A stretch of 64,000 bases of DNA, taken from Macrostomum lignano (Eukaryota). The stretch's first letter is position 1; each line of letters begins with the position of its first letter. This document shows, piece after piece, positions 1 to 11,515 of this stretch. Both the position numbers and the translations under genes were made by a program. The notes under the pieces were generated by a model. The model was not told the origin of the DNA. It saw nothing but the letters and a program-made list of their open reading frames with translations, and made no database searches. The stretch covers positions 92,916 through 156,915 of the forward strand of contig NIVC01002611.1 of the NCBI GenBank assembly GCA_002269645.1, read 5' to 3'.

Positions 1-602
1 TGAAGGAGAAGCGGATTGAAGCTCAAATCCTGAAGGAGAAGCGGATTGAAGCTCAAATCCTGAAGGAGGAGCGGATTGAATCTCAAATCCTGAAGGAGAA
101 GCGGATTGAATCTCAAATCCTGAATGAGAAGCGGATTGAATCTCAAATCCTGAAGGAGAAGCGGATTGAAGCTCAAATCCTGAAGTAGGAGCGGATTGAA
201 GCTCAAATCCTGAATGAGAAGCGGATTGAATCTCAAATCCTGAAGGAGGAGCGGATTGAAGCTCAAATCCTGAAGGAGGAGCGGATTGAAGCTCAAATCC
301 TGAAGGAGGAGCGGATTGAAGCTCAAATCCTGAATGAGAAGCGGATTGAAGCTCAAATCCTGAAGGAGAAGCGGATTGAAGCTCAAATCCTGAAGGAGGA
401 GCGGATTGAAGCTCAAATCCTGAAGGAGAAGCGGATTGAAGCTCAAATCCTGAAGGAGGAGCGGATTGATGCTCAAATCCTGAAGGAGAAGCGGATTGAA
501 GCTCAAATCCTGAAGGAGGAGCGGATTGAAGCTCAAATCCTGAAGGAGAAGCGGATTGAAGCTCAAATCCTGAAGGAGGAGCGGATTGAAGCTCAAATCC
601 TG
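1..602. repeat. 30-bp minisatellite (TGAAGGAGAAGCGGATTGAAGCTCAAATCC)n, ~20 units, truncated by window start
   Basis: Exact 30-bp periodicity with point variants, read directly from the sequence. Confidence 0.97.
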
Positions 603-1130
603 ACGGGCCAACCCTTGAAAGCACTTGTCCCCATTCACATCATTGTCTCCCTCCCTTCCACACAGCTGCTACAACGGTTTCATTCTCCAGCGTGGCTGCA
701 AAAGATAAATACAGTAGACTGAATTATCTATCGAATGAACGATACAAAATCTAGACCCCTTTCGTGTGTAATATTTAATCAATTTTTAGAATCTGCGTTG
801 GCGGATACATTTTAAGCTCGGAGAATAATTGAGCACGCACACAGCATAGAGCACCTGAACTGCTGTCTCTGACTATTGAGAATTTCATTTTCAATTGCAA
901 GAGTCGTCCACAGCCCCAAGCCATGGCGTTTGCAGGGAGCCAGTGTTATTTGAGTCAGTTAGATCGCCTTTGACTGCCAAATAGGCCCTTGCCACACAAT
1001 ACCCTGACCTTGAAGAGTTTTTTGCACCGATGTATTGGCATGGTTAAAAGCAAGCGAAGGTTACGCAAATCTGTGTATCGAATCTATATTTATTACAACG
1101 GTGATGCAGTTTATTTCATCTGTATAGATT

Positions 1131-1865
<735 letters not shown>

Positions 1866-2358
1866 AAAATCAATTCATCAATCTAATGCAATTCAATTCC
1901 ATTTTTCAATCCAAAAACACACCAGCACTCAGCCTGCAGGCCGCAGTTGAGCTGAAAATTGATCCATTTTATTATCGGGCAGGGAGGAACAGTTTAAAAT
2001 GCATAATAATTCAGCTAAAATTAGAACGGTTAGCGTCAAGAGAACAGCGCAATGGACTGCATAGGTAGCAGACAAAGGCTCAATAGCATGTTCGCTCCAG
2101 TCTGAAGAGAACACAAAGGCGTCTATTCTGAATAGAACAGAAATTGGCCTCTACTGTAACTGCAAAAGAACGGAGCACTCATAATGGTAGTATTTGCCAT
2201 AATATTCGCTATCTACTACTACACGAAAAAACCCGAAGGATAAGAGTAGAAAGATACGCTGCTGTTTTTCGGAACCAATGTATCAAGACTAAATGGCGAC
2301 TAGCTGTTAATTATCGTTTGCAACCAAGTGGCGCTAGGGGAAGGAAACTACCGCTAAG

Positions 2359-3512
2359 GGATCGGCGCCAGAGGAAGGCAGTCGGTACCAGGGGATGGGG
2401 ATCGGCGCCAGGGGATAGGGATCGGTGCCAGGGGAGGGGGTCGGCGCCAGGGGATAGGGATCGGTGCCAGGGGAGGGGGGTCGGCGCCAGGGGAAGGCAA
2501 TCGGTGCCAGGGGAAGGCAATCGGTGCCAGAGGAGGGGGACCGGCGCCAGGGGAGGGGGATCGGCGCCAGGGGATGGGGATCGGCGCCAGGGGATAGGGA
2601 TCGGTGCCAGGGGAGGGGGGTCGGCGCCAGGGGATAGGGATCGGTGCCAGGGGAGGGGGGTCGGCGCCAGGGGAAGGCAATCGGTGCCAGGGGAAGGCAA
2701 TCGGTGCCAGAGGAGGGGGACCGGCGCCAGGGGAGGGGGATCGGCGCCAGGGGATGGGGATCGGCGCCAGGGGAGGGGGATCGGCGCCAGGGGATAGGGA
2801 TCGGCGCCAGGGGAGGGGGATCGGCGCCAGGGGATAGGGATCGGCGCCAGGGGAGGGGGATCGGCGCCAGGGGAGGGGGATCGGCGCCAGGGGATAGGGA
2901 TCGGCGCCAGGGGAGGGGTATCGGCGCCAGGGGAGGGGGATCGGCGCCAGGGGATAGGGATCGGCGCCAGGGGATAGGGATCGGCGCCAGGGGAGGGGGG
3001 TCGGCGCCAGGGGAAGGCAATCGGTGCCAGGGGAAGGCAATCGGTGCCAGAGGAGGGGGACCGGCGCCAAAGGATTAGGATCGGCGCCAGGGGATGGGGA
3101 TCGGCGCCAGGGGATGGGGATCGGCGCCAGGGGATGGGGATCGGCGCCAGGGGATGGGGATCGGCGCCAGGGGATGGGGATCGGCGCCAGGGGATGGGGA
3201 TCGGTGCCAGGGGAGGGGGACCGGCGCCAGGGGATGGGGATCGGCGCCAGGGGAAGGGGATCGGCGCCAGGGGAGGGGGACCGGCGCCAGGGGATGGGGA
3301 TCGGCGCCAGGGGAAGGGGATCGGTGCCAGGGGAGGGGGACCGGCGCCAGGGGATGGGGATCGGCGCCAGGGGATGGGGATCGGTGCCAGGGGAGGGGGA
3401 CCGGCGCCAGGGGATGGGGATCGGCGCCAGGGGAAGGGGATCGGCGCCAGGGGAAGGGGGATGGGCGCCAGGGGATGGGGATCGGCGCCAGGGGAGGGGG
3501 ATCGGCGCCAGG
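2359..3512. repeat. 20-bp G-rich minisatellite (GGGATCGGCGCCAGGGGA(T/G)(G/A))n downstream of the Rmt2-like stop codon
   Basis: 20-bp periodicity is visible line to line. It explains all overlapping ORFs at 2144-3620. Confidence 0.96.
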
Positions 3513-3620
3513 GAAGAGGAAATGGAAGCGGGAAACAAATGTGAAAAAGCATTCATTTGCAACACGAATTGAATGGGGATCGTGCGCACTGCAAGCGTAT
3601 CTCTCTAGTGTAACTGTCAA

Positions 3621-4270
3621 TCACTCGGAACTGGCATCCATCGGCGCCGCGGCTGACTGGCTGTCCTCCTCCTCGGGCCGGCACACCTCGGGCAGGTAGT
3701 AGGTGTCGAAGTGCCAGTAGCGATCGCGCACTCCCTGCCACAACTTGGCGTCGTCCACTTTGACCGGAAGCGGCCGGAAGGTGCACCGCAGGCCGAGCCG
3801 GAGCAGCCGCAGTCGGACAACTTCGCAGGCGACTGCGTGGAAGAAGACATTGTCCGGGCACATGCCATTGTAGAAGGCGTAGCGGCCGCCGGGCGCCAGC
3901 AGCCGGGGCAGGTGGGCGTGAAACGAGTGCAAGTCAAGGTCGTCCTCGGCGTACGTGTCGAAGAAGACGCCGTCGAACGGGCCAAGGTCGGCGACGACGT
4001 CCTGCCAGCGGCCGGACACGATCCGGACGCCGGGCTTGTCCGGCCAGCCTTGGTCGCGCATTCTGGCCAGAACGTCCGGATGCGCTTCAACAATGGTGTG
4101 GCTGGCCGGGCCGAGTTTCTGCAGCTCGGTGTCTACGATGCCCATGCCGAAGCCGACGTTCAGGACGCGCAGGCCGGGCCGCGGGCAGATGTAGCTGGCG
4201 TGTCGCTCCATGAGCGGCTGCTCCCAGGCCATCATGACGGCGTAGCCTTCGCCGTCGAGTAGCAGGTCGC
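3621..4270 (-). CDS. RMT2: Rmt2-type arginine N-methyltransferase, exon 2 (GAMT-like class I SAM-dependent methyltransferase domain, stop TGA at 3621-3623)
   Basis: Acceptor ccccccgcAG|GC at 4272/4271 joins exon 1 in phase 1. Motifs AVMMAWEQPLM, VLNVGFGMGIVD (motif I), VEAHPDV, GRWQDV, FDGVFFDTYAE and FYNG match the Rmt2/GAMT family. Confidence 0.9.
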
Positions 4271-4357
4271 CTGCGGGGGGAGCACGGAGGTGTGAGGGTA
4301 AGTCTGATAGTCTACGCCAACTGATAGTCTGGCTCTGCCAGGTTGAAGCGGTATGAG

Positions 4358-4712
4358 CCATTCCGCCCCTGTCAGCCAAGCCATTCCGCCCCTGTCAGCC
4401 AAGCCATTCCGCTTCTGTCAGCCAAGCCATTCCGCCCCTGTCAGCCAAGCCATTCCGCTTCTGTCAGCCAAGCCATTCCGCCCCTGTCAGCCAAGCCATT
4501 CCGCTTCTGTCAGCCAAGCCATTCCGCCACTGTCAGCCAAGCCATTCCGCCCCTGTCAGCCAAGCCATTCCGCCCCTGTCAGCCAAGCCATTCCGCTTCT
4601 GTCAGCCAAGCCATTCCGCCACTGTCAGCCAAGCCATTCCGCCCCTGTCAGCCAAGCCATTCCGCCCCTGTCAGCCAAGCCATTCCGCCCCTATCAGCCA
4701 AGCCATTCCGCC
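4358..4712. repeat. 23-bp minisatellite (ATTCCGCCCCTGTCAGCCAAGCC)n, array 1, in the Rmt2 intron
   Basis: 23-bp period; the ORF translation repeats every 23 aa (3 units). Confidence 0.96.
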
Positions 4713-5084
4713 CACAGACCATATAGAATATAGACTGCGAATCTCGGGGGCCTGCCCAGGCGCGTTGTGGGACAAAAAAGCAACACAAAAAATGGTCCTT
4801 CCACAAAGCCCCAACTTCGATCGATATGTGGGACAAAAAATGGGCAAGTGCAAGTTTTCAAGCTTGAAATTTACTAATTATAAAGAGTTTAAAACCCCAG
4901 GGAGGCAAAATAAATGTAAATTAGATTTGAATTGAATTGATTGAATTGAAATTGAAATTGAAATTGATTTGAATTACAAGTTCCTTGCAAAAATATCCAG
5001 CAAAAAACCAATTAAAGCATTCTTATCCATGCAGCCTCAGCCAGCTTTCATAGTGTATCAAAAAAGAGAAAAGCGCCAGAAAGT

Positions 5085-5400
5085 GTGGCAACTATTGCTG
5101 TGCTCAGGGAGCTGAACAAGAAGCACCAGCGACTAAGGGCGCGGTCAAAGTCACTGACAGAAATTGTGAAAGTGCTGTAGGCAAAGAATATTGTGGATGA
5201 AGCTGAAGTTCGGCAATTTGCTTCCACGTTGCACTATTACAGTCCTAAGGCATACAAATACGTGAGAAACTTTTTCCAGCTTCCGCGCATCCATCTTCTT
5301 TACGGAAATGGATCTCAAGTGTGTACGATGCCTTCCAGGATTCTGCGTCCAAGCATTCCAAGAACTATACGTATTCTGCTGAACACCGAAACGATTATTC
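5085..5400 (+). pseudogene. P/THAP9-family transposase fragment (stop codon and frameshifts), copy 1
   Basis: LRELNKKHQRLRARSKSLTEIVKVL*AKNIV..RQFASTLHYYSPKAYKYVRNFFQLP, continuing in shifted frames as HPSSLRKWISSV and CLPGFCVQAFQEL. This matches the P-transposase signature FALTLHYYSPKAYxYVR..LPHPxTLRKW. Confidence 0.85.
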
Positions 5401-5510
5401 GCCGCTCCAGCTTTGATAGCTGCTTTTCAAGCTCAATCGCTGTTTAAGAGACTTTGAATTAGAATTTCACTTTGAATTTCAACCGCTATTCTCTGAATTA
5501 GATTCGCATT

Positions 5511-5853
5511 CAGCAGCTGTTAGCACAGGTATTGAGTCACACAAGCTGCAGCTGTTAGCACAGGTATTGAGTCACACAAGCTGCAGCTGTTAGCACAGGT
5601 ATTGAGTCACACAAGCTGCAGCTGTTAGCACAGGTATTGAGTCACACAAGCTGCAGCTGTTAGCACAGGTATTGAGTCACACAAGCTGCAGCTGTTAGCA
5701 CAGGTATTGAGTCACACAAGCTGCAGCTGTTAGCACAGGTATTGAGTCACACAAGCTGCAGCTGTTAGCACAGGTATTGAGTCACACAAGCTGCAGCTGT
5801 TAGCACAGGTATCGAGTCACACAAGCTGCAGCTGTTGGCACAGGTATTGAGTC
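5511..5853. repeat. 35-bp tandem repeat (CAGCTGTTAGCACAGGTATTGAGTCACACAAGCTG)n, ~10 units, inside P element copy 1
   Basis: Head-to-tail units with no spacers. Confidence 0.95.
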
Positions 5854-6245
5854 AAGAAAGTTATGAGCATTTTTTACATCAGAATTCGCATGAAGAAAAT
5901 TGCGAAAGACATGTCGCACTTATTAAGAAAGGCAGGAAGGAGACAGAAAGCTGCTGCGCACAGCAATTTTTCTTAATCTGAAAGCTGGGACTTCGAAGGA
6001 CATTTCGGGGTAATTTAATTTAATTTCATTACTTTTATGTATTTGGTTTTCATGGCGTTTTATGTAAAAAAAAAGAAAAAAATGTATCTCAATTGCATGT
6101 GTCCAATAGGAGCACAATGGAAAAGAGGCCCGCCCTGTACCACATATCGATCGAGCTGGGGTGGGTGAGAGGGACCAGTTTCTTATGGGGGAAAATGGCC
6201 CACTTTTTTCTTCACTTTACTGGTCTATATTCTATATGGTCTGTG

Positions 6246-7288
6246 ATTCCGCCCCTATCAGCCAAGCCATTCCGCCCCTGTCAGCCAAGCCATTCCACCC
6301 CTGTCAGCCAAGCTATTCCGCCCCTGTCAGCCAAGCCAGTCCGCCCCTGTCAGCCAAGCCATTCCGCCCCTGTCAGCCAAGCCATTCCGCCCCTGTCAGC
6401 CAAGCCATTCCGCCCCTGTCAGCCAAGCCATTCCGCCCCTGTCAGCCAAGCCATTCCGCCCCGGTCAGCCAAGCCATTCCGCCCCTGTCAGCCAAGCCAT
6501 TCCGCCCCTGTCAGCCAAGCCATTCCGCCCCTATCAGCCAAGCCATTCCGCCCCGGTCAGCCAAGCCATTCCGCCCCTGTCAGCCAAGCCATTCCGCACC
6601 TATCAGCCAAGCCATTCCGCCCCTGTCAGCCAAGCCATTCCGCCCCTGTCAGCCAAGCCATTCCGCCCCTATCAGCCAAGCCATTCCGCCCCTGTCAGCC
6701 AAGCCATTCCGCCCCTGTCAGCCAAGCCATTCCGCCCCTGTCAGCCAAGCCATTCCGCCCCTGTCAGCCAAGCCATTCCGCCCCTGTCAGCCAAGCCATT
6801 CCGCCCCTGTCAGCCAAGCCATTCCGCCCCTATCAGCCAAGCCATTCCGCCCCTGTCAGCCAAGCCATTCCGCCCTTGTCAGCCAAGCCATTCCGCTTCT
6901 GTCAGCCAAGCCATTCCGCCCCTGTCAGCCAAGCCATTCCACCCCTGTCAGCCAAGCCATTCCGCCCCTGTCAGCCAAGCCATTCCGCTTCTGTCAGCCA
7001 AGCCATTCCGCCCCTGTCAGCCAAGCCATTCCGCTTCTGTCAGCCAAGCCATTCCGCCCCTGTCAGCCAAGCCATTCCGCTTCTGTCAGCCAAGCCATTC
7101 CGCCACTGTCAGCCAAGCCATTCCGCCCCTGTCAGCCAAGCCATTCCGCCCCTGTCAGCCAAGCCATTCCGCTTCTGTCAGCCAAGCCATTCCGCCACTG
7201 TCAGCCAAGCCATTCCGCCCCTGTCAGCCAAGCCATTCCGCCCCTGTCAGCCAAGCCATTCCGCCCCTATCAGCCAAGCCATTCCGCC
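6246..7288. repeat. 23-bp minisatellite, array 2
   Basis: Same unit as array 1. Confidence 0.96.
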
Positions 7289-8820
7289 CACAGACCATAT
7301 AGAATATAGACTGCGAATCTCGGGGGCCTGCCCAGGCGCGTTGTGGGACAAAAAAGCAACACAAAAAATGGTCCTTCCACAAAGCCCCAACTTCGATCGA
7401 TATGTGGGACAAAAAATGGGCAAGTGCAAGTTTTCAAGCTTGAAATTTACTAATTATAAAGAGTTTAAAACCCCAGGGAGGCAAAATAAATGTAAATTAG
7501 ATTTGAATTGAATTGATTGAATTGAAATTGAAATTGAAATTGATTTGAATTACAAGTTCCTTGCAAAAATATCCAGCAAAAAACCAATTAAAGCATTCTT
7601 ATCCATGCAGCCTCAGCCAGCTTTCATAGTGTATCAAAAAAGAGAAAAGCGCCAGAAAGTGTGGCAACTATTGCTGTGCTCAGGGAGCTGAACAAGAAGC
7701 ACCAGCGACTAAGGGCGCGGTCAAAGTCACTGACAGAAATTGTGAAAGTGCTGTAGGCAAAGAATATTGTGGATGAAGCTGAAGTTCGGCAATTTGCTTC
7801 CACGTTGCACTATTACAGTCCTAAGGCATACAAATACGTGAGAAACTTTTTCCAGCTTCCGCGCATCCATCTTCTTTACGGAAATGGATCTCAAGTGTGT
7901 ACGATGCCTTCCAGGATTCTGCGTCCAAGCATTCCAAGAACTATACGTATTCTGCTGAACACCGAAACGATTATTCGCCGCTCCAGCTTTGATAGCTGCT
8001 TTTCAAGCTCAATCGCTGTTTAAGAGACTTTGAATTAGAATTTCACTTTGAATTTCAACCGCTATTCTCTGAATTAGATTCGCATTCAGCAGCTGTTAGC
8101 ACAGGTATTGAGTCACACAAGCTGCAGCTGTTAGCACAGGTATTGAGTCACACAAGCTGCAGCTGTTAGCACAGGTATTGAGTCACACAAGCTGCAGCTG
8201 TTAGCACAGGTATTGAGTCACACAAGCTGCAGCTGTTAGCACAGGTATTGAGTCACACAAGCTGCAGCTGTTAGCACAGGTATTGAGTCACACAAGCTGC
8301 AGCTGTTAGCACAGGTATTGAGTCACACAAGCTGCAGCTGTTAGCACAGGTATTGAGTCACACAAGCTGCAGCTGTTAGCACAGGTATCGAGTCACACAA
8401 GCTGCAGCTGTTGGCACAGGTATTGAGTCAAGAAAGTTATGAGCATTTTTTACATCAGAATTCGCATGAAGAAAATTGCGAAAGACATGTCGCACTTATT
8501 AAGAAAGGCAGGAAGGAGACAGAAAGCTGCTGCGCACAGCAATTTTTCTTAATCTGAAAGCTGGGACTTCGAAGGACATTTCGGGGTAATTTAATTTAAT
8601 TTCATTACTTTTATGTATTTGGTTTTCATGGCGTTTTATGTAAAAAAAAAGAAAAAATGTATCTCAATTGCATGTGTCCAATAGGAGCACAATGGAAAAG
8701 AGGCCCGCCCTGTACCACATATCGATCGAGCTGGGGTGGGTGAGAGGGACCAGTTTCTTATGGGGGAAAATGGCCCACTTTTTTCTTCACTTTACTGGTC
8801 TATATTCTATATGGTCTGTG
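7289..8820 (+). mobile_element. Non-autonomous P-element/THAP9-type transposon, copy 2 (1532 bp, near-identical to copy 1)
   Basis: Same TIRs (7289-7311, 8798-8820), same TSD ATTCCGCC (7281-7288, 8821-8828), same transposase fragment (ORF 7769-8023) and same 35-bp array (~8087-8429). Offset from copy 1 is 2576/2575 bp. Confidence 0.9.
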
Positions 8821-10115
8821 ATTCCGCCCCTATCAGCCAAGCCATTCCGCCCCTGTCAGCCAAGCCATTCCACCCCTGTCAGCCAAGCTATTCCGCCCCT
8901 GTCAGCCAAGCCAGTCCGCCCCTGTCAGCCAAGCCATTCCGCCCCTGTCAGCCAAGCCATTCCGCCCCTGTCAGCCAAGCCATTCCGCCCCTGTCAGCCA
9001 AGCCATTCCGCCCCTGTCAGCCAAGCCATTCCGCCCCGGTCAGCCAAGCCATTCCGCCCCTGTCAGCCAAGCCATTCCGCCCCTGTCAGCCAAGCCATTC
9101 CGCCCCTATCAGCCAAGCCATTCCGCCCCGGTCAGCCAAGCCATTCCGCCCCTGTCAGCCAAGCCATTCCGCACCTATCAGCCAAGCCATTCCGCCCCTG
9201 TCAGCCAAGCCATTCCGCCCCTGTCAGCCAAGCCATTCCGCCCCTATCAGCCAAGCCATTCCGCCCCTGTCAGCCAAGCCATTCCGCCCCTGTCAGCCAA
9301 GCCATTCCGCCCCTGTCAGCCAAGCCATTCCGCCCCTGTCAGCCAAGCCATTCCGCCCCTGTCAGCCAAGCCATTCCGCCCCTGTCAGCCAAGCCATTCC
9401 GCCCCTATCAGCCAAGCCATTCCGCCCCTGTCAGCCAAGCCATTCCGCCCTTGTCAGCCAAGCCATTCCGCTTCTGTCAGCCAAGCCATTCCGCCCCTGT
9501 CAGCCAAGCCATTCCACCCCTGTCAGCCAAGCTATTCCGCCCCTGTCAGCCAAGCCAGTCCGCCCCTGTCAGCCAAGCCATTCCGCCCCTGTCAGCCAAG
9601 CCATTCCGCCCCTGTCAGCCAAGCCATTCCGCCCCTGTCAGCCAAGCCATTCCGCCCCTGTCAGCCAAGCCATTCCGCCCCTGTCAGCCAAGCCATTCCA
9701 CCCTTGTCAGCCAAGCCATTCCGCCCCTGTCAGCCAAGCCATTCCGCCCTTGTCAGCCAAGCCATTCCGCCCCTGTCAGCCAAGCCATTCCGCCCCTGTC
9801 AGCCAAGCAATTCCGCTTCTGTCAGCCAAGCCATTCCGCCCCTGTCAGCCAAGCCATTCCGCCCCTGTCAGCCAAGCCATTCCGCCCTTGTCAGCCAAGC
9901 CATTCCGCCCCTGTCAGCCAAGCCATTCCGCCCCTGTCAGCCAAGCAATTCCGCCCCTATCAGCCAAGCCATTCCGCCCCTGTCAGCCAAGCCATTCCGC
10001 CCCTGTCAGCCAAGCCATTCCGCCCCTGTCAGCCAAGCCATTCCGCCCCTGTCAGCCAAGCCATTCCGCCCCTGTCAGCCAAGCCATTCCGCCCCTGTCA
10101 GCCAAGCCATTCCGC
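8821..10115. repeat. 23-bp minisatellite, array 3, ending ~30 bp from the Rmt2 exon 1 donor
   Basis: Same unit as arrays 1 and 2. Confidence 0.96.
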
Positions 10116-10145
10116 ACTTCAGTTATAAGCCAAACAAGCTCTCAC

Positions 10146-10662
10146 CGCCGCCACAATAGGTGAGCCGCTGGCGCATGTACTCGCGCTGCAGCTCGGTGAC
10201 GCCCAGAGCGCGCTCCCCGCTGAGCAGTGCGCCAAGGAGCAGCTCGGAAGCAGCCGCGTGATTCAGCAGCAGGTCCACAACGGCCTGATGCCCATTCCAA
10301 GTGGCGTACTCGCCGGCACAATGGTACTGGCGATCAACAGCGTTCCAGGGAGCGCCATTGTCCAGCAGGCAGCGGACTGTGTCCGCGCTGCCAGAGGCTG
10401 CGGCTGCCATCAGCACGGACATGCCGGTGCGGTGGTCCTGGTAGCACGGATCGGCGCCCGTCTCCGCTAGTAGGCGGCGAACCGTCTTTACGTCACCTTT
10501 GCTAGCAGCAAGCACCAGCTGGACATCGTCCGGAGACGGCTCCCAGCAGGTGGCGGATTCCTCCTCAACTGGACAGTCACCGTTGCTGCCGTCCGGAGGC
10601 TGCCGGGACGGCGAGGCTGCCTTGCGTTTGCGCGACTCCACTGTTGACGTCTCGGCTTCCAT
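10146..10662 (-). CDS. RMT2: Rmt2-type arginine N-methyltransferase, exon 1 (ankyrin-repeat N-terminal region; ATG at 10662)
   Basis: MEAETST..; ankyrin repeats LVLAASKGDVKTVRRLLAETGAD, SVLMAAAASG..TVRCLLDNGAPWNAVD and AGEYATWNGHQAVVDLLLNHA, followed by the Rmt2-like YMRQRLTY. Donor G|GTGAGA at 10145. The ORF-track start at 10698 is a GTG. The joined CDS is 1167 nt (388 aa). Confidence 0.88.
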
Positions 10663-11233
10663 GCGGGTGCGCGGGCTGCGAAGCGAAATTTGGGACACTT
10701 TGCAACAGCCTGCACCTGTCTATAGAGTTGCTGCAACTGCCTGCACCTGTCTATAGAGTTGGTGCAACAGCCTGCATCTGTCTATAGTTTCTTCAGCAGC
10801 CTGCTTTCTAATCTCGAGACTCTGCAACTAACCTGCACTGCAAGAGAAAAGATGAGTTAAATAAAACAAGATTAATGAAGGACAATATTTGTCAGTGCCA
10901 CACAGTGTTACACTGGCATAGCATAATGCATCATGTTTTCATCGTACATTGCGCGAAAGTTGACAAACACGACAAAATATGAAATTTACGTACGAGCTCG
11001 TAGTTGACATTATAATGTACATGACTGTACATGAATATTTTATTATACATCAAGATCCAACCGTGTCAGAGGCCGCAGGAAGCAGCAGGTATACATCTAG
11101 ATATACCAAGACAGGTCGCAATAGTAGGCAATAAGCTTATTACAATAGAAAATTATTTTTTAAAGAGGTGAAGAAGAGATTGCCGACATGGGGAAATTTC
11201 TAAGAAATGTTCTGTAAGAGGCATGGCAGGAGC

Positions 11234-11420
11234 AGGCAGACACAAGAGACAGGAGTTCAGAGAGGACCAGACAGACACAAGAGACAGGAGTTCAGAGAGG
11301 ACCAGGCAGACACAAGAGACAGGAGTTCAGAGAGGACCAGACAGACACAAGAGACAAGTTCAGAGGGAACCAGACAGACACAAGAGACAAGTTCAGAGGG
11401 AACCAGACGGACACAAGAGA
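11234..11420. repeat. Short ~31-35-bp tandem repeat (CAGACACAAGAGACAGGAGTTCAGAGAGGAC..) downstream of the MFAP1 stop
   Basis: About 5-6 visible units. Confidence 0.85.
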
Positions 11421-11515
11421 CATAATAGAACTACAAAAGTTGATCTGCTGCCCCAAGAATCTGCAGTCCATCCTCACTCCAGCAGAAGCAGATTAGCAAT
11501 GAATGGCAGAACAAA

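Larger units (their letters stand above)
4713..6245 (+). mobile_element. Non-autonomous, internally deleted P-element/THAP9-type DNA transposon, copy 1 (1533 bp)
   Basis: Perfect 23-bp TIRs CACAGACCATATAGAATATAGAC (4713-4735, inverted at 6223-6245), 8-bp TSD ATTCCGCC (4705-4712 and 6246-6253), and internal P-transposase remnants. Confidence 0.9.

Noticed and set aside
1-722. KEKRIEAQIL-repeat reading frame in the 30-bp array
   Set aside because: An in-frame TAG occurs at 186-188, there is no ATG or splice evidence, and it behaves as a non-coding minisatellite.
5511-5853. 35-bp repeat with a palindromic core resembling a CRISPR repeat in length
   Set aside because: Units are contiguous with no unique spacers, there are no cas genes, and the context is eukaryotic and inside a transposon.
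2144-10163. Long ORFs (200-486 aa) such as PLAPIPLPWRRSPSPG.., GIGARGGGSAPG.. and SAKPFRPCQPSHSAPVSQAIPPL..
   Set aside because: They are translations of 20-bp and 23-bp stop-poor minisatellites, open in several frames at once, and lie in the Rmt2 intron or 3' flank.
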